A stretch of 64,000 nucleotides of DNA from a virus. Its lineage: Duplodnaviria > Caudoviricetes. The stretch is from positions 32,001 to 96,000 of IMG/VR virus record IMGVR_UViG_641201351_000001. One strand, 5' to 3'. The notes under the pieces were generated by a model that was not told the origin of the DNA, did not search any database, and saw only the letters and a program-made list of their open reading frames with translations. Positions 29,167 through 40,600 of the stretch are shown here, piece by piece (position 1 is the stretch's first letter; every line of letters starts with the position of its first letter). Both the position numbers and the translations under genes were made by a program.

Positions 29167-29682
29167 TCAGAATACATCAATTTTTTCAAGATTTCTTATG
29201 TAAGAAATTTGCTGAAGCTCACCTAAAATCTTTTCCTCAAAAATGCCATTTCCCATCTTAGATATATAGAGTTCGTTTTTCCTGAAATTTAACAAATCCT
29301 CTCTTTTAAAGAAAATTATTGTTTGCGAAAAAGAATAGCTTCCTTTGGGAAATAAGTTGTAATTGTATATTCTGTATACATTCGTTAGGTAAATTGTTTT
29401 TTCATGTATTAGCTGTTTTAGTGTTTCCATTGATATATTAAATGATTTTTTGCTATACCTAAATAAAGAAATTTTTATCATAGAATTTTCACCAGCAAAG
29501 ATAATTTCATCAGCGTCCAAAAACTTTAAAAAATCATTAGTACTTACATAGAAGACATTTGTTGAAATCTTTTTTCTTCCCAAATTAATGGAACACTTCA
29601 AGTTAAACTCTCTGAAGTTGAAGTTTTTTTGGAGATATTCTTCATAACGCTTTACAGTTTTTACTTTATTCAAATGGCTCAT
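29167..29682 (-). CDS. Hypothetical protein
   Basis: TGTTATAAT 9 nt before ATG; ends KIDVF. Confidence 0.65.
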   Translation of the reverse strand: MSHLNKVKTVKRYEEYLQKNFNFREFNLKCSINLGRKKISTNVFYVSTNDFLKFLDADEIIFAGENSMIKISLFRYSKKSFNISMETLKQLIHEKTIYLTNVYRIYNYNLFPKGSYSFSQTIIFFKREDLLNFRKNELYISKMGNGIFEEKILGELQQISYIRNLEKIDVF

Positions 29683-29700
29683 GCTAGCTACATTATAACA

Positions 29701-29740
29701 AAAAAGAAAATGCCCCCCAACAAATGGGAGGCATTTTTTT
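29701..29740 (-). terminator. Terminator after the major capsid gene
   Basis: AAAATGCCCCCCA/TGGGAGGCATTTT inverted repeat flanked by A and T runs. Confidence 0.8.
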
Positions 29741-29755
29741 AGCTTACTTCAATCT

Positions 29756-31168
29756 TTATACAATTGGTTCTTGACCAACGTTGACGATGAGGAAGTTAAA
29801 TTCTGGGGCTCTAGAGAATACAGAAGCTACCTTCCATATGACGTAATCATGAGTAAGTGCAGGAGGTAGTCTGTAAAGTTCCATACCAATCCAGACAGCC
29901 ATAGTAGTTACATTAGGATCTATTCCTACAACTACACCAGTTCCAGGAATTTTCTTCCATCTATAAACGCCGGAAGGAGTAGTTACTGTTTCATGACCAT
30001 CATCTATCCAAGTAAAGTCGCCGTTTACAGTAGACACCTTAACACGCTTATAGAACTTGTATTCTTGAGAACCAGGATCCTTTCTGTAAACATCAAGCCA
30101 CTTTACATTGACAAGACCATGGAATTGGAACCGAACACCTTTACCAGCTTCAGTAGAGTCGATATAGACATCTATATACTTGGCAGCACTTTCTCCATAG
30201 AAGTTGGCTGCCTTGAAAGCATAGCTGTAAACTGTTGTATTAGCAGGATCGCCAAGACCGCTGTTGTAAGGCAGAGTTACGAAATTATCTGTAGTGCTAA
30301 CAGTCCAAGAGTTAGAAGGAGCAGCGAAATCACCTACCTCAGCACCGAAACGAGCAGGGTTAAACTTGTGGAAATCACCGAGGAACTGAGAAGGATAGAG
30401 AGAATGTTCGCCACGAACGCCGATATAGGACTGAGCATCTGCACCAAGCAGACCAGCCCTTCTATCGGCAGTAGTCATTACTCTAGAGATTTGGTAGAAA
30501 GAAGCTTGTAAGTTAAGCTTATCAACATAGCTAATGAATACAGCAGTAGGATTAGCGAAAGCTTGTGTAGATACTACACGGCTTTCAGCTTCCCAAAGCA
30601 GGTCAATGGAAAGAGGTCTACCTCCAGCATCAAGAACATTTTGAGGAGCGCCCCTCTTAATTATATTGATGATGCCATCCTGTTGAAGATTATTTGGGCT
30701 ACCAGGAACATCATCGCCAAGAAGGTTATCTCCATAGAAAGCCAAATACTCAAATTCGTTGGCAACAGCGATCATCTTTTCACGCTTAACCAACTCGTCA
30801 ATCTGCATAACGCCATTTTGGGTAGTCCTGGTAGCTAGCTCGGTAACTGTAATCCTGTGTCCAACTAGCATTGGCCTAATGCGTCTACGGACAACATTGA
30901 CCTCTACAGTCCTAGGAAGACCGCCTTCTCTGAAAGCAGCATAACCAATCTTATCGTGCCTAGCAGTTACAACATTGTATTCGTGTTCATAAGCTTTTGC
31001 CTTTACAGCGTTCTTTGAAAGAAGATCAGTAAGCGGAGTGTCAAGAACATTGAGTTGAGTTACTTCAGGTTCTAGGTCTTCTCTTTCTAAAGACTCTGCA
31101 ACTTGACCAGCTGCATTAAGCGCTTTTAGTGTTGCTTCATCCAAGTGCTTTAAATGTTCGTATGGCAT
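29756..31168 (-). CDS. Major capsid protein
   Basis: LERE.LE, HEYNV, EGGLP, A..FEY..FYGD, QDGI and LDAGG pattern of large-myovirus HK97-fold capsids; AGGAGGT SD; terminator follows. Confidence 0.92.
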   Translation of the reverse strand: MPYEHLKHLDEATLKALNAAGQVAESLEREDLEPEVTQLNVLDTPLTDLLSKNAVKAKAYEHEYNVVTARHDKIGYAAFREGGLPRTVEVNVVRRRIRPMLVGHRITVTELATRTTQNGVMQIDELVKREKMIAVANEFEYLAFYGDNLLGDDVPGSPNNLQQDGIINIIKRGAPQNVLDAGGRPLSIDLLWEAESRVVSTQAFANPTAVFISYVDKLNLQASFYQISRVMTTADRRAGLLGADAQSYIGVRGEHSLYPSQFLGDFHKFNPARFGAEVGDFAAPSNSWTVSTTDNFVTLPYNSGLGDPANTTVYSYAFKAANFYGESAAKYIDVYIDSTEAGKGVRFQFHGLVNVKWLDVYRKDPGSQEYKFYKRVKVSTVNGDFTWIDDGHETVTTPSGVYRWKKIPGTGVVVGIDPNVTTMAVWIGMELYRLPPALTHDYVIWKVASVFSRAPEFNFLIVNVGQEPIV

Positions 31169-31203
31169 ATTTGTTTTACCTCCTCTTCAAATCATATAAT
31201 AGC

Positions 31204-32838
31204 TTATTGGCTAATTTTGCGATTATTCTTATATTGTCTGTAAATAAGCTCAAATTCCTCTGGTTCTAAACCAAATTCTTCTTTTGCAAAGTTATAAAGC
31301 TCCATTTTCTTCTCATTAAGCTGAATTGGTGTTCCCTTATAAGTTAGGTATTCTTTTATTTTTTCTTCTAAGCTTTTCAGCTTAGCCTTGTTAGCTAGAA
31401 CAGACTTTAGCTTTTCTTGAAAGTTGCTTTCAAATGTTCCTGCTTGAGGGTGAACTTCAGTATTTACGCCAAGCCTAGGAGCGATATTGACACTATTTAA
31501 AGACTTGGTTGTAGATTCTAGTTTTTCATTAACTTCCTTGTAAAGGTCTTCAAACGAAGAAAGAGATTTTTCTACGCTTTCAATTTTTTCGTTATAAGAT
31601 TCAAGCTTGCTAATAACAGACTTTAGCTCTGCGAATTTTTCAAGGCTAGCTTCAACAATGTCAACAACATAATTAACTCTGTTTTCTAAGGAAGCCAATT
31701 TAGATTCAACAAAAGATTTTAGCTCTGCTAGAGAACTAGAAACAACTGCATCTTCGCTTTCTTCTTGCGGCGCTTTAGAAGAAAGCATAGAAAGAACCCC
31801 AGAAAGCTTTTCTTCTAGAAAGTCTAGCTTATCAAGGATGTAATTGAAAGTTTCTTCATCTTCCTTTTCGTGTTCTTCTACTTCTTCTTGAACCAAAGCA
31901 ACTTTGTCCTGTGTTTCTTCATTTTGACCTTCTAAAGCGCCCTCTTCTTTATCTTCTTCAGAAGGTTCTTCAGAAGCTTCTCCTTGTAGATCGCCTAAGT
32001 CTAAAACCTGAGCTTCATCTTGCTTCATTTCTTGTTTTTCTTCAGAAGCATCTTCTGAAGCGTCTGCTTGAACCTCCTCTTCCAAGGCCTCAAGAACTCC
32101 TTCTTGCTTTTCTTCTTCTGGGTTTTTTAGGTCTTTCGCCATAGTATCTTCCTCCATAGCTTTTTCTACACCATTATAAACTAGGCTTTTTAAAACTTTA
32201 ACGAAAGTATCAATATTTATAGGTTGACCAGTAATAGAAACTTCATATAAGCGCATTTTGGGAGGAACATTTACATATACTCCATTGATAACCTTTGTCT
32301 GAGGTTTGCCAATAGGTATAGCTCCTATAGACAAACCAATTTTACTAGTAAACCTATCATCTGCAGATTGAAGATGCTTGTAAACTTTTTGCGCAAGCTC
32401 ATGATTTTTATCTAACAATATCCAAACAAAAAGCTTGTTGTCATAAATTTCTGCCGCAATGGGAATTCCAATAGGAACATCTATATCTGGATGCTTTGAA
32501 GGATTTCCAGCGTGCTTATAGCCATGCTCATAGAAAATTCTTCCTGAATTTACAAATTCTTCTAAAGAATCTCCAAAAGTGTATTTAACATCTAAAATCG
32601 CATCATTAACTAAATCAATGCTAGGCGTAGAAGCTACGCCAAATATTACCCAATCACCAGGTTTTAGTTCAAGATTTTTTCTTTTTACAAAAAATTCGCC
32701 TTTGATAGGTTTTATTTCTGGAACCTTATCAGAAAAAAATTCTGCTCCACTAGGCGTTGTGTAAACATTTGTGCTTTTTATTACTTCAAACTTTGTTTCT
32801 AGTGGAATATTAAGCACTTCTTTCATAGCTTTACTCAT
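31204..32838 (-). CDS. Prohead protease fused to acidic scaffold
   Basis: GVAST..D..ND, FYEHG (His), GLSIG (Ser), YEVSIT..P.N, then a Glu-rich coiled coil. Confidence 0.85.
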   Translation of the reverse strand: MSKAMKEVLNIPLETKFEVIKSTNVYTTPSGAEFFSDKVPEIKPIKGEFFVKRKNLELKPGDWVIFGVASTPSIDLVNDAILDVKYTFGDSLEEFVNSGRIFYEHGYKHAGNPSKHPDIDVPIGIPIAAEIYDNKLFVWILLDKNHELAQKVYKHLQSADDRFTSKIGLSIGAIPIGKPQTKVINGVYVNVPPKMRLYEVSITGQPINIDTFVKVLKSLVYNGVEKAMEEDTMAKDLKNPEEEKQEGVLEALEEEVQADASEDASEEKQEMKQDEAQVLDLGDLQGEASEEPSEEDKEEGALEGQNEETQDKVALVQEEVEEHEKEDEETFNYILDKLDFLEEKLSGVLSMLSSKAPQEESEDAVVSSSLAELKSFVESKLASLENRVNYVVDIVEASLEKFAELKSVISKLESYNEKIESVEKSLSSFEDLYKEVNEKLESTTKSLNSVNIAPRLGVNTEVHPQAGTFESNFQEKLKSVLANKAKLKSLEEKIKEYLTYKGTPIQLNEKKMELYNFAKEEFGLEPEEFELIYRQYKNNRKISQ

Positions 32839-33098
32839 TATAGTTTTTCGTTATAGAATTTTTTAGCTTCTTGCAAAAGAAGCTCAAAAAACCAGCCTTC
32901 AAAGGTATCAAGGTGAAAATAATCTAAAATTTCTTCTTCTTTAATGTCAAACAATTTTATTGTGTCAATAAAAGCTTTTACTGCTTCATCAATAAGTCTT
33001 TGTTTTTCTTCTTTGTCGTCTGTGTTTTCAGCTTCTTGAAGTCTAGATTTCATAAATAGCGTTGTGATGGCTGCAATAAGTTGTTTACTCAGCTTCAT
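32838..33098 (-). CDS. Hypothetical head-module protein
   Basis: 86 aa, coupled to both neighbours. Confidence 0.65.
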   Translation of the reverse strand: MKLSKQLIAAITTLFMKSRLQEAENTDDKEEKQRLIDEAVKAFIDTIKLFDIKEEEILDYFHLDTFEGWFFELLLQEAKKFYNEKL

Positions 33099-36000
33099 TT
33101 TCTTTCTCCTTTTTCAAAGCGAGTTTATAATCTTCTATTAGTCTTTTTATTATCGGGTAGTAAGTTGGATACTTGTTTTTGAATTCTTCTTCGCCATAAA
33201 GGAAGTAAAATTCTAAAGAAGTTGAAGGTACTTCAATGATATTAAAGAAAGAATAAAAGTTCATTATCTCATACTCTTTCATCATTTCTTCTAATTTTGA
33301 TTCAAATTCTTCGCCCATTTCTGATATTTTTTTCTGGGCATCTTTTAGAAAGCTGTAGTAATTCGAGTAAAGAACTTGAAGATCGCTACTTAAACTTGTT
33401 GATGTTAGTTGGATTTTACCTAGAATGTTTTTATCTAATCCTAATTCTTCTGATGCTCTTTTTGTAAACTCAACTATTCTTGGCCTTTGATGTCTAAGGA
33501 AAGTCAAAACAATAAATTCTGGGATTTCTTCAGACAACTTTTTGATTTCGCTAGAATCAAAATTTTTTCTTTCAATTTCCTTTTCAATAATATTTTCTAT
33601 TGTATCATATTCGTCTATTTCTACATCATAGTCTTCTGATGAGTAGTTTTCTGTTGTGTCATCTTTTCTTTGTACCAAATCTTTTATATGACGATATGCA
33701 CTCGCTAACGCATGTCCTATTTCGTGCATCAAAGTAGCAGTAAAAGGCGTAACTACTTTTATATACCTATCTTTTTCTTTTTTCTCTAGTGATATTTCTT
33801 TTTTATCCTCAATAATTGCGTCAATTGTTCCTTTTTTATCTAAAGAAGCACTTTCAAGCGATCTCAACATCATGCTAATAGACGGCCTTTGAAGATGTTG
33901 TTTTAATAGGTAGGCTATAGGATTGATATTAATTGTGTTTCCTGACGCATAATACCAACCATTTGGATTAATGACGACATTGATATACTTTTCAGATATT
34001 TCTTTAACAAAATTAAACCAATCTTCGCCTAATATAGGCTTCACTTTGTCTAAAAACTTACTAAACATTAGAGAAGACATTGGTGTATCAAAAGGAGAGT
34101 AGTATCCTACCATGGAATCTACAAGGTTTTGCGCATTGACAGATTCTGGAGGTGGAGGAGTTGTTCTTATACTTTCTTCATCAGATAAAGCGATTGAGCT
34201 TTTTCCTTCTGCTGAAAGTTCAATTGCATTTTTTATTAGAAGTTCTACGAAACGATTTTTTTCTATTTTTCCTTCAAACCACTTAAAAAATTTGTTGAAA
34301 GTTAATCTTTCTTTTAAATTTCCTTTTGTTTCTTCTATGAAGTAGTTAAAGGATTCCAATTCCTGAATAATTTCTTTTTCGCTTTTTCCAATTGAATAGA
34401 AATATTCAACAAGCGCATGCATGTATACATGAAAACCTAAATCTCTTACTGAAACTTTATAGACATTTTTTCCGATTCTAACTTTTGCTGACAATTCTAG
34501 TCCTCTTATGTCGTCATTAGCAGAATAGTCAACAACTTCAAAATCTTGCAAAGACAGCCTTATTTTGTCTAAGGTTTTCATCTTTTCTTTTGATGAAAGC
34601 GCCTTTCTTAGCTCATGAATTTTGCTTGAAACAAAGCCTTCTAAAGCCTTGCTTATAGCGCTCTTATCTCCTGATAGAAAATAAGCTCCTCCTCTACCGA
34701 TGAAAGCTAAGGTCATCGCTTGAAGATCGCTTGGAGTCAAGAAATTTGGACTGTTTAACTTGTGAGTAAATATATGATCCAAACTTCTTAAAGCAAGCTC
34801 CTTAGGAAGAATTTCTAAAAGTCCATATGTTTCAGGAGTTCTTTTATCTAAAAGTTCTTCAAGCGTTTTTTCAAAGAAAAATTCCTTCATTTCTTCAATG
34901 TCAATTAGATTATAAAAATCCTCAGAATTCTTTCTTGAAGAAAACTCAGGAGAAGAAATTCTCACTTTTAATACAGGTTTTCCTAATAGATTTACAACTC
35001 TTATAAAGTCTAATTTTTGATCGTTACTAATAAAGCTAGTTTCATTAGCGCTGTAAAGTGAAAAGATGTTCTTTTCTTCTTTTTCTGCGTAAATCAAGTC
35101 AGAGTTTTCTGATAGTCTTCTCATCGCATCAACAATAATCGCTTTGTATCTAGAAGTTAAGAATGCAGGAAACCTTTTTGGTTTTTCTTTTTCAAAAATT
35201 CCAACCAAGGAGTTTGCAATCAGATTATTTCTCATAGCAAACAAAGATGTGTAGATTTTTTTGTATTCTTTTTGTATCTTACTTATCTCTTCGCTAAAAG
35301 TTTCTAAAGCATTTTTTTCGCTTTCAAAAAGATACATTAAATCTTCTCGTATGAAATATTCTAAGTAATACATCATTGATTCTAGTGATGCGATAGTTCT
35401 TTTTGTAATTCTTCTTTTTGCGTTAATGTCGTTTAACATTTTGTTTATTGACGATACAACATTTTCTATACCTTTTAGAATATCTGCTTTTTGTTCTACT
35501 GAAAGAGATGAAATACTTCTGAGTAGATCAGTAATATTTTGATAAGAATTTAGAATCGCCTCAAAATGTTCACCAGAAGTAATCTTAAAATATTCAGCTA
35601 GTGTTGAAGGATTTGCTAAGTGTGTAAGAAGATTTGCAGCAGCTATTCTATACATCAACTTCTTTTCGCCTGAAGAATTAACTTCTTTTTCAATAATTTT
35701 ATCGTATGCGTAAATCATGTAATCTGTAAAGTCTGCTACTGCACTAATTGCACTAAGATTATTTGGTTCTGCAACATAAGACAAATTTTTTGTAGAAATA
35801 TCTGTAAGAAACTCAACAAATCCTTTTATAAAATCAGCTATCTCAAAAAGCTTCTCTGGATAATCTTCATATTTTTCTAAAAGCGCTTTTATTATTGGAA
35901 AAACTTTTTCTGTTACAAGAGAATCGCTTTTGTTATGATACCTGCTCAATAGTGTGTTTATTATGTCTACAACAAATTTAAGCTCTTGTATATCTTCTGA

Positions 36001-37662
36001 AGGTTTTCTTTGAGAAAATATTTCTAAAACTCTATAAAGATTGTTGTCTTCAAGCATTTCTTTTATTTCTTCAGGATTAAACTGTATTTCTCTAGCCAAA
36101 AGAGAAGTGTCAGTATATTTAGCTAGCTCTGGAGAAATTAAAGTTAAAGCTTTTGCGTCTGCAAGAAGATCAGCTAAATCTGAAGCAACATTGCGATCGC
36201 TGTAAAGATCAAGAAAAAATCTTCTTAGATAGGTTGATGCAGGTATATTTTCTGAAAGTAAGTTTATTTCTTCAGAAAATACATGTTCTATAAAAGTTTC
36301 TTTGTAAGCATTTTCGCTAGGCAGGAAGAAAGACAAAAATAGAATTAGACTATGCACATCATCTTCTTTTAATAAAGGCTCCTTAGAAACAAACGAAATG
36401 ACTTGCTCAGTTGCGAAGTCTAAAAGTTTGTCTAAAGATTCTTTATATCTTGCCTCATGTATTGCTATTTCAACATCGTCAGAAGAGTCGTATAATTCTT
36501 CTAACGAACTTAGATTTTCAATAGCTTTTACTATCAAGTCTTTTAGCTTAAAATAAGAACTTTCTTCTGAAAATTTATCTAAGGACGCAAACAAAACGAG
36601 CGCAGACATTATAACTTCTTCTTTAGAATTTGCAAATTCCTTAAAGGCTTTTTGAATAGTAAGAGGAGCCAATATAGCTTTATCTAGTCTAGGTGTTACT
36701 TCTAGAAGAACTTCAAAAAAAGAACTCAGATAGTTTTTTATGTTTTCTGGAGAATAAAGGTCAAATCCATAAAATTCTTTTCGCAAAAAATTGTTTACAT
36801 CAAGCATTACTTTTATTAGGCTTTTTTTAGACATTAACTCTTCTACTGTAAGCTCTGTGAGCGCTTTTGGAGATAAAGCGTAAATTAAATTTCTCTCTAT
36901 GTCGTAGAGGTCTATGTTAGCTTTTGAAAAGTATATTCCTTTTAACCTGTCTTTGTAGAGGTTATAAAAGGACAAAAACCAGTTAGCGTCAACATCTAAT
37001 TGAGCGCCGTTATATTTTGAAATAACTAAATAAGTGAGAACATTTAAAGCGCCATCAGAAATATCTTTTAAGTAGTTAGACAAAAATTTCTTTAGCTCCT
37101 GAAAAGCGCCTTCCTTCTTAAATACAAATGTTATATCTTCTTGACCTATAAAATCGTACTTATTTAAATAGCCCCTTTCTAGCAAAAATCCGATTGCTAA
37201 AGAAGTCATTAAAGTGAAAAATCCTGATATCTGTTTAGTTCCACTAGGAACTTCCCAATTTTCATCAATTCCTAAAATATTGTTCAATTCAATTAGATTG
37301 CCTTCGCTAGCGTCTATGTCAAAGATGCTTTCGTCTAGCTTTTCTATAAATTCTTCCAAATAGCTGCTTTCTTCTTCTTTTTCAGGTTCCTGAAAACTTT
37401 CTTCTCTGTAGCTTTCATAGACTTGTTGTTTTTGCGCAATTTGATATTTTTGCGCATATTTTTCGTATTCTTCGAGTATCCAATTTGAATCAGGTTGATT
37501 AACGATAACGCCGTTCTTAGGTTTAATTACTTGTCCTTCAAAAAATACAAAAGTAGTAGGATAGTCTTTGTGATAAAGAACAAATCCTTCAGGAACTCTT
37601 TTTACAACATCATAATCTTTTTCTGTTGTAATAGGACCAGTTATTGAATAAAAAGTGCCCAT
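33085..37662 (-). CDS. Giant protein (about 1525 aa) with C-terminal zincin motif
   Basis: TLMHEIGHAL plus downstream E..S..LEFY..YP..Y. Start at TTG 37668 or ATG 37662. Confidence 0.8.
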   Translation of the reverse strand: MGTFYSITGPITTEKDYDVVKRVPEGFVLYHKDYPTTFVFFEGQVIKPKNGVIVNQPDSNWILEEYEKYAQKYQIAQKQQVYESYREESFQEPEKEEESSYLEEFIEKLDESIFDIDASEGNLIELNNILGIDENWEVPSGTKQISGFFTLMTSLAIGFLLERGYLNKYDFIGQEDITFVFKKEGAFQELKKFLSNYLKDISDGALNVLTYLVISKYNGAQLDVDANWFLSFYNLYKDRLKGIYFSKANIDLYDIERNLIYALSPKALTELTVEELMSKKSLIKVMLDVNNFLRKEFYGFDLYSPENIKNYLSSFFEVLLEVTPRLDKAILAPLTIQKAFKEFANSKEEVIMSALVLFASLDKFSEESSYFKLKDLIVKAIENLSSLEELYDSSDDVEIAIHEARYKESLDKLLDFATEQVISFVSKEPLLKEDDVHSLILFLSFFLPSENAYKETFIEHVFSEEINLLSENIPASTYLRRFFLDLYSDRNVASDLADLLADAKALTLISPELAKYTDTSLLAREIQFNPEEIKEMLEDNNLYRVLEIFSQRKPSEDIQELKFVVDIINTLLSRYHNKSDSLVTEKVFPIIKALLEKYEDYPEKLFEIADFIKGFVEFLTDISTKNLSYVAEPNNLSAISAVADFTDYMIYAYDKIIEKEVNSSGEKKLMYRIAAANLLTHLANPSTLAEYFKITSGEHFEAILNSYQNITDLLRSISSLSVEQKADILKGIENVVSSINKMLNDINAKRRITKRTIASLESMMYYLEYFIREDLMYLFESEKNALETFSEEISKIQKEYKKIYTSLFAMRNNLIANSLVGIFEKEKPKRFPAFLTSRYKAIIVDAMRRLSENSDLIYAEKEEKNIFSLYSANETSFISNDQKLDFIRVVNLLGKPVLKVRISSPEFSSRKNSEDFYNLIDIEEMKEFFFEKTLEELLDKRTPETYGLLEILPKELALRSLDHIFTHKLNSPNFLTPSDLQAMTLAFIGRGGAYFLSGDKSAISKALEGFVSSKIHELRKALSSKEKMKTLDKIRLSLQDFEVVDYSANDDIRGLELSAKVRIGKNVYKVSVRDLGFHVYMHALVEYFYSIGKSEKEIIQELESFNYFIEETKGNLKERLTFNKFFKWFEGKIEKNRFVELLIKNAIELSAEGKSSIALSDEESIRTTPPPPESVNAQNLVDSMVGYYSPFDTPMSSLMFSKFLDKVKPILGEDWFNFVKEISEKYINVVINPNGWYYASGNTININPIAYLLKQHLQRPSISMMLRSLESASLDKKGTIDAIIEDKKEISLEKKEKDRYIKVVTPFTATLMHEIGHALASAYRHIKDLVQRKDDTTENYSSEDYDVEIDEYDTIENIIEKEIERKNFDSSEIKKLSEEIPEFIVLTFLRHQRPRIVEFTKRASEELGLDKNILGKIQLTSTSLSSDLQVLYSNYYSFLKDAQKKISEMGEEFESKLEEMMKEYEIMNFYSFFNIIEVPSTSLEFYFLYGEEEFKNKYPTYYPIIKRLIEDYKLALKKEKENEAE

Positions 37663-37683
37663 ATTCAAAATTTATTTTATCAT

Positions 37684-40600
37684 CTACCTTGTTATCTCTA
37701 CAAAAGCCTTTATAAGTTCGTCTAAAATGAAGGACTCAGAAGCTTCTATGCCAACTCTAGACAAAGCGTCTTTTACTATTTTCTTGAAATCTTCAACGAC
37801 TGAAGTTGATAGGTTGTTTTTATTTATTTTGTATTGATAGGCATCTATCTTGTCAGGAAAATCTAAGCCTTCAATCAAGGAAGACAAGTCTTCTTCGCTT
37901 AAATCATACACAGCAACAATTTTAGGTATTAGCGATTTCGCAAGCTTTTCTTTAAATTTGTTTCCAGAATAACTTTTTATAACATCTTTAGCAAGAACTC
38001 TAAGCTCTTTGTCTTCAGGTCTTTCTTGAAGCACGAATTCTAAAAGCGCATCAAGAATTTCATTTGTATCAGAATAGTAAATTAACCTCTTGTCTTCTGA
38101 AACTCTAGCTTTTTCTTTTTCAATGTTTTCTGCAATTTTTTCAGCTTCTTTGAGGAGTTCTTCATCTTTTTCATAAGGAAGAATAGGAAGGTTGAACTTT
38201 TTTAGCACACGATTTGTCAGACTAACAATCGCTTTATCAGGTGAAATGTTAACCTTTTCTTGTTGTATAAATCCTTGCTCATCTTCTGTCTGAATTGTTG
38301 TTTGTATTCCTTCTTCTGTTACATTCACATCTACAACATCTTTTTTGCCTTTAGGTTTTTTCTTAGATTTTGATTTCTTTTTTTCTTTCTTTCGATTTTC
38401 TTTTTTTGCTTCGCTAGATTTTTGTTGCTCTTCTTGTTGAGCTTCAGTTGTTTCTTCTTCTTGTATAGATTCAGCTTCTGTATTAGGACGCAAAGTATCA
38501 ACAATTGCAAATGCTTCTGCTAAGAAATCTGAAGTCCTAGAATACACCTTTGTCTTTTCGCCTTCTCTGATATAATAAAATCCTCTCTCTCCTAAAGATT
38601 TTTTGCCAAAAGAAAAGTTTTCTAGTGAAAACTCAAAATCGCTTTCAAAAAGCATTCTTGAAAAGTAAGGAAGATAGCCTTCAACATTAGGATTTTCTAA
38701 AGCTGCATAAATAATGAGAAGATTGTTTGAAAACAGAGGATTATCAGTATCGTCTAAAGCTAAATAGTGTTCGTTTTCTTCGCTTTCTGCAAACTTGAAA
38801 GTAGCTACTTCTGGTTTGCCCTTTTCGTCTGTGATGACTTCAAGCGATATCTTATCAGTTAAAGGCATTTCAATATATTCGTTAGATTTTGATATTTTCT
38901 TAAAAAGTTCTGCATATGTTTCGCTTCTAATTTTTCTTTTAATTCTATCGCTAATGTAGCTTTCATCAGAAGTTCTTTGAAGTATTGTTTGAGCAACGCT
39001 TCTAGCTAAAGGATTTTTTGATTGCTTGAAAACTTTTTCAGCAGTTGCACGCAAAGATTCTTTCTTTGTTGAAGATGAATACTCATCTAGAATTTCATAA
39101 GAAACATCAACTAAGCTTTTAAAATCTTCGTCTTCATTGTAAGCTTTTTCAAAATCTACTAGATAAGCGTATGCGTTATCTATACTTACAAAGTAAGGCG
39201 ACACTTTGTCTAAGTTTTTAGGATTAAAGATGCCAAAGTAAATTAAACCTTTTATGTCCTTTTCTACTTCAGGATCAAAATCAACAGCTTGTTGAATCGC
39301 CTCAGCAACATAAGAAATTGTTGAAGGCGAAGAAAAAAGATTTATTAAACTAGAGTAGTACTCTTCTTTTTCATCAGAAAGACTTTTTTCAACTTCTTCA
39401 ACAGCTTCTTTATTTTCTTCTACTAAAACAACCTCGCTAGCTTGTTGTTCAAGGTTTTCTTTAGCGAATTCTTTAGCTTTTTCTCTTTGCTTATCAGAAG
39501 ATGTCTTTTTTGTCTTGTCGGATTTAGCTTTTTTGCTAGAGGCTCTTGTTTCAGTTTTTCTAGCTTCTTCAGAAGCTTCTTCAACTGAAGGAGTAGCTTC
39601 AGGAACTTCCTCAGTTTGAGAAGCTGTTTCAACAGCTTCTTCTGCTCTTGTTTCTTCAGAAGGTGTTTCTTCTTTTTCTTTAATTTTCTTTTTAGCTTTC
39701 TTTTTAGACTTCTTTTTCTCTTTTATTGCCTTGTTAAGTTGTTCAATAGACGAATTTAGAAGCTTTTCTTGCGAAGTTGCTTCAGAAATAGTTTCAAAAG
39801 CTTCATCAACTGCTTTTTTAAACTCTTTTCCTAACTTCTTTAAATCCTCTAGCTGAAGAGTTCCTATAATTTTATCGTTAGATTTAAATGCAAAAGATAG
39901 CTTATTGCCTATCTTTTTAATTTCAACTTCTTTATCTTCGTCTACATAAAGAGTCAAAAATTCGCCCTTATCTAGTGTTTTCTCAAGATTTTCTAGGTCT
40001 TCAAAGGCAACTTCTTTATAACTTACTTTTTCCAAAGGAGCTTCAGGTATTGAAGATGTTTCCTCAGTTAAAGAAGGCTGCTCTTCTTCGCCAATAGCAG
40101 GAATTTCTTCTTCAAAGACAATTGGAGGAGTTTGTGTGTGTATTACATTAGGTGAAAAGTCGTCAAAGAGATATAAAAGATTTTCTTTCGGTACTTTTGT
40201 CTTTAAAATGTTGAAAATCGCATCTTCATAATCTTCAAACTCACTATAAGGTACTATGTCTTCAAACTTATTGGAGAAAGAATACTCTTTTGTGCCGTCA
40301 TATTTACCAAAAACTTCTTTCATGAAGGTATTGATTTTGTAAACATAAGGCGCTGTGCCAAATACAAGTGTGTCTAGGTCTTCTTTTGTTGTTATGTCAG
40401 TAAATATGCTTGAAATTTCTCTCAAAACTTCATTTAATCTTACATTGTCTTCTACGCCTTCAATTTCTTGTTCAAGATAAGTTTCAAGAGGCATTCCTTT
40501 GGCTTGCTCTATCTCGCTAATTTTCTTAGATAGTTCTTCAACATTTGGATTATATTGATCAAAAAGATGATAAGCAACAATTGAGGAAGCTAAATCTCTA

